A stretch of 64,000 nucleotides of DNA from a virus. Lineage: Duplodnaviria > Heunggongvirae > Uroviricota > Caudoviricetes. The notes beneath the pieces were generated by a model. That model was not told the origin of the DNA. It saw nothing but the letters and a program-made list of their open reading frames with translations, and did no database searches. This document shows, one piece after another, positions 1 through 9,812 of this stretch. The stretch spans positions 174,446 to 238,445 of the IMG/VR virus record IMGVR_UViG_3300028833_000055. One strand, 5' to 3'. Numbering within the stretch: position 1 is the first letter of the stretch; every line of letters begins with the position of its first letter. Position numbers and translations under genes: made by a program.

Positions 1-12
1 ATTTTTTTAATT

Positions 13-1044
13 ATGGATGATGGTAAAAATTTAAGTTACGAAGAGCAGGTCGCTATGGAATTTAACCTGACTCAAGCTGCTAATGAAAATGAACAGAAGG
101 GACAACCGTCCGATAACATTGTAAAGGATTTGGGTAAAGTGGATATTAGACGAGGAATGTCCGGTAATATCGGTGTTATCGAAGACGATGAGAATTTAAA
201 GAGGATAAACAATGTAATAGGTTTCCTCAATATTCCTCTGGAAGACCTTCCATCGGAGGGAAGATATTACCCCGAAGACATAAGGATAAGTATCCGTGCA
301 GCCCGTGTGGGTGAAATCCGTGAGTTCTCGACGATAGATGAGCATGACCCGAAGGATGTCGCCGACAAGATGACATACATTGTGTCACAATGTTGCAAGG
401 TGTATTATGGAAATGTTCCGGGACACTACAAGGATTTGACTGTCGCCGACAGAATTGTTCTTGTTATCAAGATACGTGAACTTACATTTGTGGATGGTCA
501 GAAGTCGATAAAGATACCAGTACCCGCCGGTGCTTGTAAGACTGTCGGATGCAAGCCTCAGGACTTTATCAATTTCGATTCAACTATGTTCTCGTTCTTG
601 AAACCTAGTGAAGAACTTGAAAAGTATTATGATTCGATAAACCGTTGTTATAGTATTCACACAAAGAGTTTCGGTACAATCACCCTATATATACCGACCA
701 TCGGTGTATGGACAGCGGTTTCCGACTATGTAAAGGGTGAACTTGAAAAGAACAAGAAGATAGACCAGACTATCGCTGAAATGATACCTTTCCTCATAAG
801 GGAATGGAGGGGTCTTGACGAGAAACGCATCTTTAACAAGATTACCGAAATAACTGGATGGGATACGAAGAAATTCAATCTTGTTTACCGCCTTATTGAA
901 AAAATCAATGTGGGTATTGAATTTGAAGTAACAAGTATATGTGAAAATTGTGGAGGTGAGATAAAGGTTCCTATTTCCTTTCCCGAAGGATATAAGTCAA
1001 TATTTGTTCAGACAATTTCAGATTTCGGAGACGAACTTCTATGA
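13..1044 (+). CDS. hypothetical protein, C-terminal CxxC pair
   Basis: 343-aa ORF with an ATG at 13; no family recognised; CENCGG motif near the C-terminus. Confidence 0.5.
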   Translation: MDDGKNLSYEEQVAMEFNLTQAANENEQKGQPSDNIVKDLGKVDIRRGMSGNIGVIEDDENLKRINNVIGFLNIPLEDLPSEGRYYPEDIRISIRAARVGEIREFSTIDEHDPKDVADKMTYIVSQCCKVYYGNVPGHYKDLTVADRIVLVIKIRELTFVDGQKSIKIPVPAGACKTVGCKPQDFINFDSTMFSFLKPSEELEKYYDSINRCYSIHTKSFGTITLYIPTIGVWTAVSDYVKGELEKNKKIDQTIAEMIPFLIREWRGLDEKRIFNKITEITGWDTKKFNLVYRLIEKINVGIEFEVTSICENCGGEIKVPISFPEGYKSIFVQTISDFGDELL

Positions 1045-1060
1045 TAATGTCATTATCGCT

Positions 1061-1294
1061 ATGGAAAATCTCCATATGGATTACAATACGATAATGAACT
1101 TATGGATGTACGATTTTCAGAACATACTGGAAAGATACAGTAAGATGGTTGAAGAAAGGAAGGAAGAGGAGAAGAAACAGAACGAGGAGTACGAGAAAAA
1201 GTACAATCCGGACAAGTTCCTCAGACAAACCGGTGGAAATTCTTCAATACCGAAAATCCCAAATGCTCCGAATTTTTCAAAAGTCAAACTATAA
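1061..1294 (+). CDS. small Lys/Glu-rich hypothetical protein
   Basis: The track ORF 1004..1294 overlaps the upstream stop; the in-frame ATG at 1061 lies just after the upstream TGA (1042-1044); charged low-complexity product. Confidence 0.3.
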   Translation: MENLHMDYNTIMNLWMYDFQNILERYSKMVEERKEEEKKQNEEYEKKYNPDKFLRQTGGNSSIPKIPNAPNFSKVKL

Positions 1295-1311
1295 AAAAAG
1301 AGAAGTGTTAT

Positions 1312-4300
1312 TCACTTCTCTTTTTTTTCGTTATCATTTATATTACCTAAATCGGTTATTATCTTTTCCTTCTTTCTCTTTTCGGAAAGTTTATCCAGTT
1401 TATTTAATATCTTTGAAGTTATTTCATCGACATCTACTTTACCTAAATCTTCAACATACTTTTCTTTGGGTTTCTTATTCTTGTCTCCATATACATTGAC
1501 TTGTATGGATTCATCATCCAATATGGTCGAAAGTTCTTCCTGTTGTTCACCCTTATAAACATTACCTAAATCTTCAGTTTCAGAGTTTGATTTCACTTTC
1601 GGATATATGTTTCCTATCTTGGTTATATAATCACCCAGTGTATCATTGTTCGAAACATTACCTATTTCAGATACTTTCTCACCTTCCGTATTCTTGCTGT
1701 AGATATTTCCGAGTTTTTCAACATATTCCTTTTTCTTTTCGGATTTCGGATAAATGTTTCCTATCTCATCGATATTCTTTGTCTTCTTTTCATCTGTTAA
1801 AACATTTCCTATTTCCTCCGTGATTTTATCATCGGTGGGTTTCGGATAAATGTTTTCAATCTGCTTTGTGTATTCTACCGGAGATTTTTCTTTAGGGTAT
1901 ATGTTTTCTATTTCGGTAACAAGATTCCTCCTTTCGTCATCTGGTTGTATGTCGTCAATATACTCGACCTTATCGAAAGTATCTATATCCGGATATACAT
2001 TTCCTATTTCATTTACCTTCGGTTCAGTAATGTCATCGAGAAGTACATCACCCAAGTCTTCGACATTGGGTAGTGCATCTACATTAGGATACACATTTCC
2101 TATCTCATCCACCTTTGGTTCGGTAATATCGTCCGGAAGTACATCACCCAAGTCTTCGACATTATCCGGAGTATCCATATTCGGATATACATTTCCTATT
2201 TCATTTACTTTCGGTTCTGTAATATCATCGGGAAGTACATCACCCAAGTCTTCTACATTGTCGGGTGTGTCTGTCGGAGGATATACATTTCCTATATTTC
2301 CAACTACAGGGTCTGTTACATCATCCGGAAGTACATCACCCAAATCGGTAATTGGCGGTCTTTGGGGTGTATTCGGAAGTACATCGCCAAGGTCTCTTAC
2401 AACCGGTGAGGTACGGTCCGGTGGAAGTACATCGCCAAGGTCTCTTACAACCGGTGAGGTACGGTCCGGTGGAAGTACATCGCCAAGGTCTCTTACAACC
2501 GGTGAGGTACGGTCCGGTGGAAGTACATCACCGAGATAACCGACTACCAGACTTGTTTGGTCATCGGGCATTATGTCGTCTATATAATTCACCTTATCCG
2601 GTGTCTCTGTCTCTGGATATATGTTTTCAATTTCTTTGGTGGTTGGAACATCATTACCTGGGAACAAGATACTCTTCATTTCCTTGATTGTTTTGTCGTC
2701 ATCAAATACATTTTTACCCGTTGAAGCGAGTATACTGGTTTTAAGATGGGTGAAAATTCTATCAAAGTCTTCCGCTGTCTCTTTCTTGTAATCGAAGTCG
2801 TCATCCTTTATGTTTTTTATTCTTGTTTCGACTCCCGGATTATGGAATGTTTTTGAATCATCTATGATATTCCTTTTCATTTCATCAAAAGGAAGGAAGT
2901 TGATTACACAGTCACTGTATGTGAATGTGAAATTTGTCATTCTCATTTCACCTATTTCGGCGTTGGTAACATTTTCAAATATACTACCGGTTTCCTCCGG
3001 TACTATCTCACAGCCGTAGAATTTGAACTCTATGGCGGACATTGAGTTCAATGCCACCTCGACTATCTTTGGGAAAACTACTTCCGATGCCATTGTTCTC
3101 ATCTGTTTACCAAGGTCGGTCATCATCAGATGAAAGTTACGGATGTCGTGTACGAACACCGAACAGTTGAATCTTCTCAAATTAACCGGAACCCTTTCCC
3201 TACGGTATTGTGCGTCATACACAGCGTTGAAGTATTTGTTGAACATAGACGAGATTTTCAAGTCTATGGATTCATATATGTTTATAGTTATTTTTCTTTC
3301 GTCTCCCGAACCACGAATACTGTCCTTGACGACATAGTTATTTTTATACACCTCATCCAATCCCGTTATGGTTTGTAACAGATATGGGTATTGTGTAGTA
3401 AGTTTAGTCATACCGTTTATGAAACCGAGCATATCATATACCGTCTGCGGTGCTTTCGGTAATTCACTCTTATTTGAATTCTGCTGGGTAAAGTCATCTT
3501 GTATGATGTTTTGTGTGTCTCCGAACAATGTGGCGTCCGGTGCGGCTTCTATACCAATATCTTTAAGTTCCTCATCGGTCCTGATAAGTTCCAGAGTTTG
3601 TTCTATGTCATTAAGTTCGTTGATTGCATCATCGAGATTTATCTGGGCTTGGATACCGGGGTCGTTTGCAAGAGCTTTGTCTGCCTCTTCTTGTTTTTTG
3701 CGTGCTTCCTCTCTTTTTCTTTCCGCTTCCCTGAGCCTTTCCCTTTCCTCTTCGATGTTTTTGTCAAGTTCGGCCATATTTGTATCCGTTCTTATCTCGA
3801 TGTTAGCGGATGTATATGGCTTACAGTCTTCATATGCTTTTTCTGCATTATATTTCTGATTACCTTCTCCCGTGTAAAGTTCTCTATAACCGTCGGCCGC
3901 CGATGCGTCTCCATCCGCTTCTATTTTGACATATGTCACCTTTATGTAATTTTCATCAACATTCGCCAGTTCTTGGACAGCACTCGGATTACCGTAATAT
4001 TTTTTGGCAGTGTTATGAATCTTTTCTTTAAGGTCATACATTTTTTGTACAATCCTGTCATACTCGTCATAACTATGATATGACGCGTCATCATCCGGTT
4101 TCAAATCGGTTATGGCGTTTTCCATCATTATCATATAATCCCTTATTTGATTTCTGACGGCTTCCTCGAATATTTTTCCGTTTTCGTAACTTTTTATAAG
4201 TTCAAGGGATTTTATCCTGTTGTTTATCTGCTCGACTTCATCGTCCGCCTCTTGAAATTCCTTGTCCGCTTTTTTCTTATTCTCTTTTCTTCTTTCCGTC

Positions 4301-5103
4301 TCATCCTTTACCGACTGGTCGTTGGCTATCCTTTCATTCTCCGCCTTGATTGCAGACTGTTTTTCCTGGTCTTGTTCAAGCTGGTTTTTCTTCTTCTTGT
4401 CAACTACACTCATTGAAGAAACATTCGCCATTCCGTCACCGAGTGAATAGTGTCCTCCATCCAAGTCCTGCGGGGTTTTGTCTTTGAGGAGTTTATCCAC
4501 CATATATATGTATTCGGTCGCCCCATATGGAAGACCGTCCACATAGACGTTATGTTGCATACCGTAACCGATTTCCTCACCCATAGGGAAAGGATATGTG
4601 TCCTTTGCGAGAAGTGCGTTTATGTCATAGGTGTTGACCGCCCCACGTATATATTTGGAATAATTGACCCTCAAGCAGTTTTCAATTTCATCGGCTATAT
4701 TCCTGCTGGTCATCGGGCCGTCATCCCTTCTTCTTCCTTCCGCCACACCATCATATTGTCCTATCGTATAGAACAAAGGTGAATTGAGCTTGTCTATTGA
4801 AAGTGTGAACCCGGTGAATATCGGGTCGTCGATGGAATTGTTGTTGTTCTTATATTTTCTTCCGTTCTTGACATATTCACCCCAGAAGTTTTCCCTCGCC
4901 TTATGTGTTCCATATGAAAACATATAGGTGTTTTCCAGATTTGAAAAATCGGGTCTGAAATCTTTGTTGTTCATACGTCTGTATGATTCATCAAGATTTT
5001 GATTACCATCCGGTCTGGTCACAGGTGACGGATAACCTTCCCTTCCGGTAGGGTTTACATATGTTCCGTGATTTGTATCACTGTGTATATATGTGTCGGC
5101 CAT
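1312..5103 (-). CDS. large repeat-containing virion or fibre-like protein
   Basis: 1263-aa ORF; the C-terminal third is a periodic array of ~16-aa [ED][IL]GN[IV]YP(K) units, larger ~32-aa EDLGDVLPDDITEPKVNEIGNVYP units and three exact copies of DLGDVLPPDRTSPVVR; the centre is coiled-coil K/E/R-rich; starts an ATGA-coupled run of large minus-strand genes. Confidence 0.6.
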   Translation of the reverse strand: MADTYIHSDTNHGTYVNPTGREGYPSPVTRPDGNQNLDESYRRMNNKDFRPDFSNLENTYMFSYGTHKARENFWGEYVKNGRKYKNNNNSIDDPIFTGFTLSIDKLNSPLFYTIGQYDGVAEGRRRDDGPMTSRNIADEIENCLRVNYSKYIRGAVNTYDINALLAKDTYPFPMGEEIGYGMQHNVYVDGLPYGATEYIYMVDKLLKDKTPQDLDGGHYSLGDGMANVSSMSVVDKKKKNQLEQDQEKQSAIKAENERIANDQSVKDETERRKENKKKADKEFQEADDEVEQINNRIKSLELIKSYENGKIFEEAVRNQIRDYMIMMENAITDLKPDDDASYHSYDEYDRIVQKMYDLKEKIHNTAKKYYGNPSAVQELANVDENYIKVTYVKIEADGDASAADGYRELYTGEGNQKYNAEKAYEDCKPYTSANIEIRTDTNMAELDKNIEEERERLREAERKREEARKKQEEADKALANDPGIQAQINLDDAINELNDIEQTLELIRTDEELKDIGIEAAPDATLFGDTQNIIQDDFTQQNSNKSELPKAPQTVYDMLGFINGMTKLTTQYPYLLQTITGLDEVYKNNYVVKDSIRGSGDERKITINIYESIDLKISSMFNKYFNAVYDAQYRRERVPVNLRRFNCSVFVHDIRNFHLMMTDLGKQMRTMASEVVFPKIVEVALNSMSAIEFKFYGCEIVPEETGSIFENVTNAEIGEMRMTNFTFTYSDCVINFLPFDEMKRNIIDDSKTFHNPGVETRIKNIKDDDFDYKKETAEDFDRIFTHLKTSILASTGKNVFDDDKTIKEMKSILFPGNDVPTTKEIENIYPETETPDKVNYIDDIMPDDQTSLVVGYLGDVLPPDRTSPVVRDLGDVLPPDRTSPVVRDLGDVLPPDRTSPVVRDLGDVLPNTPQRPPITDLGDVLPDDVTDPVVGNIGNVYPPTDTPDNVEDLGDVLPDDITEPKVNEIGNVYPNMDTPDNVEDLGDVLPDDITEPKVDEIGNVYPNVDALPNVEDLGDVLLDDITEPKVNEIGNVYPDIDTFDKVEYIDDIQPDDERRNLVTEIENIYPKEKSPVEYTKQIENIYPKPTDDKITEEIGNVLTDEKKTKNIDEIGNIYPKSEKKKEYVEKLGNIYSKNTEGEKVSEIGNVSNNDTLGDYITKIGNIYPKVKSNSETEDLGNVYKGEQQEELSTILDDESIQVNVYGDKNKKPKEKYVEDLGKVDVDEITSKILNKLDKLSEKRKKEKIITDLGNINDNEKKEK
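2385..2528 (-). repeat. exact 48-nt x3 tandem repeat inside the fibre-like CDS
   Basis: The unit ggaagtacatcgccaaggtctcttacaaccggtgaggtacggtccggt repeats three times head-to-tail, followed by a diverged fourth copy; each unit encodes the 16-aa DLGDVLPPDRTSPVVR. Confidence 0.85.
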
Positions 5104-5124
5104 ATTGTAGTTCTTTTATATTAT

Positions 5125-6975
5125 TTATTGGTAGTCCATATTATTGAACCACGAACCGGTTGTATTGTCGTATCTGTATTTCTCGTTTATCGCTCTCTTG
5201 GCGAGTTCGTATTCGGATTTTAAATTGGGCTTGTATTCTATTCTGTTCAATACAAGTTCCGTCTGCAAGTTCTTTTTCTTCTTGTTGAATACAATCTTCA
5301 TCTCTGTGACCACATACCATCCGGATAAGGCCCTGTTGAAGACACCCTTCAACGGGTCAAGTCTGTCACCGTATTCGTTTCTTATGGTACCGTCCGTATC
5401 TTGTGTTTCGAAATACAGGATGTCATCGTTCTTCAACATTATTCCGCTACCATATTCATCGGACCAGTTTTCTCTGACTTCCCTTGGTTTTATTTTCATT
5501 GAAGACATAGGGTTCTTGTCGAATATGTCAACCCATATTCTGCTGAACTTTGTTATGCTCGGGTTATAGTTCTGCAAACGGACTTGAAGGCCACATTTCT
5601 TTAGACACCTCATTTGGTAGTCGTTCTGTTGCTGTGCGAAATAGTAATGCTTGAAGGTATTGGTTGTATCGACTTCACCCATAGAAACAAATGACTCCAT
5701 CGCCGCAACATTGTCGGGTGAACTCAAATCCGTTTTGAGATATATGTCATTCGTGGTCTGCACGAGATTTAACGGTATGTATGATGTTGATTTAGGTTGT
5801 TCGGGGAATTCGGCAATCTGTTGTCCGCTTCCATCCCTCTTCAAGTTGTCTATCGGTGCAAGGACAAATTCACAGTTGTTGCATCCCCACTGGCCCGGAT
5901 TGGAGTCGGCGTACGCAAGATGGACACGATATCCGTCATTCAACGATGAACTTCCGTTATTAACCTCCGAATAACACTCTATGAAGTTTGTCCATCCAAC
6001 AAAGTAGTCGTTATTTGTGATGAAATAGTAACTTACTTTTTGCTCACCGTTTGAAAGCTCTTCTGCACCATTTTGTAATACGATTTCATCTTCCGTCTTC
6101 TTTTCTGTCATATAGTCGTATTCGTGTTCGGGTCTTGATGACTGCTGTACATTCGAATATATTATGGCGGGTGTATCAGTCTTACTTCCTCCGTGTGAAA
6201 GAAGAGAATGACATTCTATGAAGTTGAAGACATAGTACTGGTCTATGAAAGCGGTGAAAAATGAATACTGACTATAAAAAGCGTGGTTCGCTATATTTTT
6301 CATAAAGTCAAGCAGGGTTCTGTTCTGTCCGTTGTTCCACTGCATAGTGTCCATATTGTTGTCCTTTATGAAGTTTGTGGCAAATCCGAGACCGGTATAT
6401 ACGGCGAGGTTGAACAACGCTTGTCGTGAATTGTTCGGTGAGTCACACCAGGATTCCTTTCGTGTACCCGCCGGTACCGAAAGTGTTCCCGTTATCTTGT
6501 ATCTCAATGGAGCACCGGTGTTTTGTGACACCATCTGTCCTCCGCTCCTATTCATACTTGTGATTGTAAAATCTTGTCTAATAGGCTTGTAGTACATTTC
6601 ATCACCGTGTCCTCCGATATAGACTTGAATTGTAGAACCTTCCTTCGGAAATGCTGTCGATAGGAAGGAGTTGTCTACATCAAAAAATTCCACCATCATC
6701 GTTGGAAGAAATGACGAATAATCCACATTGAAGTTGATGAGACTCGTCTGTGGTATTCTGAACTCGTTTATTGAAATGAGAGGAAGCCTGAATGATATCC
6801 TTTCCGGATAGCAGTTCGGTCCTCTGTGTTCGGTATCCGATATGTTCATCTCCGTGATGGCGAGTGTCGGTTCAATCAACTGAACGGTGGAAATTTCGTC
6901 ACCGGTCATATCTATATAGTTGTTATTGGTGTCTCCACCTGGAAAAATAATATTTAAAACCTCTTCGTCTGTCAT
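5125..6975 (-). CDS. hypothetical structural protein
   Basis: 616-aa ORF; its start overlaps the upstream stop by 1 nt (ATGA); no NTP-binding motif; sits among large virion-type genes. Confidence 0.5.
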   Translation of the reverse strand: MTDEEVLNIIFPGGDTNNNYIDMTGDEISTVQLIEPTLAITEMNISDTEHRGPNCYPERISFRLPLISINEFRIPQTSLINFNVDYSSFLPTMMVEFFDVDNSFLSTAFPKEGSTIQVYIGGHGDEMYYKPIRQDFTITSMNRSGGQMVSQNTGAPLRYKITGTLSVPAGTRKESWCDSPNNSRQALFNLAVYTGLGFATNFIKDNNMDTMQWNNGQNRTLLDFMKNIANHAFYSQYSFFTAFIDQYYVFNFIECHSLLSHGGSKTDTPAIIYSNVQQSSRPEHEYDYMTEKKTEDEIVLQNGAEELSNGEQKVSYYFITNNDYFVGWTNFIECYSEVNNGSSSLNDGYRVHLAYADSNPGQWGCNNCEFVLAPIDNLKRDGSGQQIAEFPEQPKSTSYIPLNLVQTTNDIYLKTDLSSPDNVAAMESFVSMGEVDTTNTFKHYYFAQQQNDYQMRCLKKCGLQVRLQNYNPSITKFSRIWVDIFDKNPMSSMKIKPREVRENWSDEYGSGIMLKNDDILYFETQDTDGTIRNEYGDRLDPLKGVFNRALSGWYVVTEMKIVFNKKKKNLQTELVLNRIEYKPNLKSEYELAKRAINEKYRYDNTTGSWFNNMDYQ

Positions 6976-9809
6976 TATCTTACTCTGTATCTCTTTCCTT
7001 CTACTAAAATATAGTCTCCCGATTTCACACCGAAATCGTTTACGAACACTCTTCTTCCGTCTTCAAGCTCTACGAGTGTTCCGTTTTCGGTAGTCATAAC
7101 CGGACTTACGACATTATCGTTGTTGGTGTTGTCATATATGTAGTTGCCTTCACTGTCAAGTTCCGGTGGAGTCTTGTCCAGTAAATTCTCATTTGGGTCG
7201 GTGGTCCATTTCGTGTACCAGTAGAAAGCATCATATGCTTTTGGTTTATAACTACCTTTAATTGTATCTTTCATACGTGGTACTCGTTTTTTCTTCATCA
7301 TATTGACACCGCCGTTTCTACGATGACCGGTTTCCGATGCCCTTATTATTCTTTTCTGGGACATTTTTTTCTTTAACTCGCTTTCATAATGACTGTTGAT
7401 GTTGGTATAATAGAAAATCCAGCCGGCGAAATCCGAACCGTCTTCATTTAAAATAGGAGACTGATATGCCACTATTCTTTCACCGCTTTCGACGAGTGCA
7501 TCCATTGCTAAATTCATACGTTTACCATCATCATCATCATCCTTACCATTAAATCCATCTATTTCTTGTTCAAGTGCATTCATTCTTTGTTCATATTCTT
7601 CGGTGTCTTTATAGTATATCGGTGAAATGGTGTTTTCGATGAGTTCTTTGCCCTCTTTACATTTGGTTGAGAATAAGTCCACGAAGTTATCAATAAGGTC
7701 TAAAATCCACTTTATTTTGAGTATATCCATAATTTTATTTATAACATCCTTAATCGTATCTTTGATTCCCTTGATAAAGAATGCTATATTCTTAATCTGA
7801 ACCACTATATCGACACCACACTTTATCACCCTTATGATTTCGTTGAGTACGGTTTTAAACCCCTCGAACCATCTCAGTATCTTATATAAAGGGTTATCAA
7901 AACAAGAACCTACGGAAGTTGGTGCGGGTATCTGTGCCACCGCCATACTCACAGTTACAGTAAGGTTTTTCAAAGTATCCTTTATGGTGTCTATATCCCA
8001 TTCTATTTTGTTACAACAATCGTCTATGTATTTTGAACCCGGAGCATCATCCACATTCCCCGTAAAGAAGTTCTTTATCTCCTTGGCGGCATTTATATAC
8101 TGTTGTTGCATAAAGTCCCATTCACTCTTGATGTCATTGGCGAAGTTTCTTATGTCGTCCTTGAATCTATTCATCTCCATCTTGAGGATTTCCTTCATCT
8201 TCTCGGAAGCCTTGGCTTTCTTCGCTGCAAGTTTCTCCTTTCTCACATCCTTGGCGACACTTCTTCTTGCAGCCCTTACTTCGGGTGGAACGGAACTCAT
8301 ACTCTTTCTCTTCTCCTGTGGGGACTGTCTTCTCATCTTACGGAGTTCGTCTCTTGACTTTTTCTTGTCCTCCTCCGCTTCCTCCTCGATTTCCTTGTAT
8401 CGTTTTGACGGTTCAAACTCCCTTGTCTTGTTTCTTACTTCATTTATAAGCTCCTTTGTACTCTTGAATGACGATTTGATGTCCCCATATGCGGTTTTTG
8501 CATTATTGATTATACCGGTGGCACTGTTCTGCAAATTGTTTCCACTACTCATCAACTGCTGAACGAGTGTAGAACCACTTGAAATCAATACATTTCCATT
8601 GTTCTCCAGTGAATCTATACTGTTGATGTTTCCGATTGTCGATTTTGAGTTTGAAATAAATACATTTCCGTTATCAATGAGTCCGGTCACAATATTTGTA
8701 CCGTCATTGTATAACTGCATAGTGTTATTGTATATTGTCATACCGCTCGCCACCATCGATGAGGCGTTTGAAATAACCGAAGAACCTGTGGATATAAGTG
8801 AACTGGCATTACTCATAACGGAACTTCCGACTGTTTTCGCTTGTGAAACCACATCACTTGTTATACCTCCGATTTTGGATATCATTTCCGACCCCTTGTC
8901 CGTCAATAGTTTCATCTTCGCCCTTCCGAAACTTAGAACCTCCTCCATATTTAATTTCGGAAGTTTGTCCATAGCTACCGTGGCAAGACCTAAACCTGTC
9001 GATATGGCTATAAGTCCTTTTGAAATTTTTACAATATCGAAGTTCTGTATCAAGGCGTTTGCACTATCTATGGTTGATGAAACCAAATTGCCAGCAACTG
9101 TTCCGTCATTATACTTGTCGGACAGATTGTTTAACTTGTCCGAAGCCCTGTTTATAGTTTCCGATGGTTGGGGTGCGAGTATGTATCCGAATGCTTCACT
9201 CAAGGTTTCATTGACCTTGTTCATCTTCTCGACTATTTCGTTGATGACACTTTCCAGTTTTTTCTGTGCCCTGCCGGTGAAGTCCCTTGCATTGCCGATT
9301 GTGGAGTCTATAAACTCATTCGTCTTACCGGAAGTGTCTGTTGTCTTATTCTTCAGTTGTCCACCTATGGAGTTCGGAAGATTCAGGGAATCTATTCCGC
9401 TTTCTAGATAACCGGACAATATCTCCACCCTTTCGGCGTTGTCACTTACCGTTTTAAGAAACTGTTCTCCCCTTTCACCAGCAAGACCGGTTATTTCATG
9501 TCCTTTGGAATCTATAAAACTGGTTGCCGCTGACAATGTATTAGTGATATTGGTTGTGGCGTCCATTATGTACTTCATAGGAAGTTGCAGATATGAATCC
9601 ATAATCATATTCAACCTCATACCCATATTGGATACGTTCGCCACCATAATCGTCACCCTGTCTATGATACGCATAGCGAAGTCTTCGGGTGTAGGTATCA
9701 GATACACTGCATCCGCTATCTTATAGACATACGCCACATTCTTCAAAGCCTTTCTTAAAGGTGCCTTGATGTATTTGTATTGTCCCGACATTGAATCTAC
9801 AAGACCCAT
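6975..9809 (-). CDS. large alpha-helical, coiled-coil protein (tape-measure or internal virion protein candidate)
   Basis: 944-aa ORF; long Ser/Thr/Asn-rich and K/R/E-rich helical segments; precedes the 616-aa gene with a start/stop overlap. Confidence 0.45.
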   Translation of the reverse strand: MGLVDSMSGQYKYIKAPLRKALKNVAYVYKIADAVYLIPTPEDFAMRIIDRVTIMVANVSNMGMRLNMIMDSYLQLPMKYIMDATTNITNTLSAATSFIDSKGHEITGLAGERGEQFLKTVSDNAERVEILSGYLESGIDSLNLPNSIGGQLKNKTTDTSGKTNEFIDSTIGNARDFTGRAQKKLESVINEIVEKMNKVNETLSEAFGYILAPQPSETINRASDKLNNLSDKYNDGTVAGNLVSSTIDSANALIQNFDIVKISKGLIAISTGLGLATVAMDKLPKLNMEEVLSFGRAKMKLLTDKGSEMISKIGGITSDVVSQAKTVGSSVMSNASSLISTGSSVISNASSMVASGMTIYNNTMQLYNDGTNIVTGLIDNGNVFISNSKSTIGNINSIDSLENNGNVLISSGSTLVQQLMSSGNNLQNSATGIINNAKTAYGDIKSSFKSTKELINEVRNKTREFEPSKRYKEIEEEAEEDKKKSRDELRKMRRQSPQEKRKSMSSVPPEVRAARRSVAKDVRKEKLAAKKAKASEKMKEILKMEMNRFKDDIRNFANDIKSEWDFMQQQYINAAKEIKNFFTGNVDDAPGSKYIDDCCNKIEWDIDTIKDTLKNLTVTVSMAVAQIPAPTSVGSCFDNPLYKILRWFEGFKTVLNEIIRVIKCGVDIVVQIKNIAFFIKGIKDTIKDVINKIMDILKIKWILDLIDNFVDLFSTKCKEGKELIENTISPIYYKDTEEYEQRMNALEQEIDGFNGKDDDDDGKRMNLAMDALVESGERIVAYQSPILNEDGSDFAGWIFYYTNINSHYESELKKKMSQKRIIRASETGHRRNGGVNMMKKKRVPRMKDTIKGSYKPKAYDAFYWYTKWTTDPNENLLDKTPPELDSEGNYIYDNTNNDNVVSPVMTTENGTLVELEDGRRVFVNDFGVKSGDYILVEGKRYRVR

Positions 9810-9812
9810 ATA

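Noticed and set aside
1149-1499. ORF 1149..1499 (+), 116 aa, Arg/Lys-rich
   Set aside because: It overlaps both the small plus ORF and the 3' end of the large minus gene in an alternative frame, and the translation is low-complexity.
1850-2687. Plus-strand ORFs 1850..2539 and 2352..2687 with STSPKSS / VHRQGLLQPVRYGP repeats
   Set aside because: They are the antisense reading of the tandem repeats inside the 1263-aa minus-strand gene. The repeat DNA creates open frames on both strands, and the long minus ORF with its coherent domain structure is the real gene.
7834-9411. Plus-strand ORFs 7834..8562 and 8599..9411 inside the 944-aa gene
   Set aside because: They are fully contained antisense to a long coherent minus ORF, with low-complexity S/L/F-rich translations.
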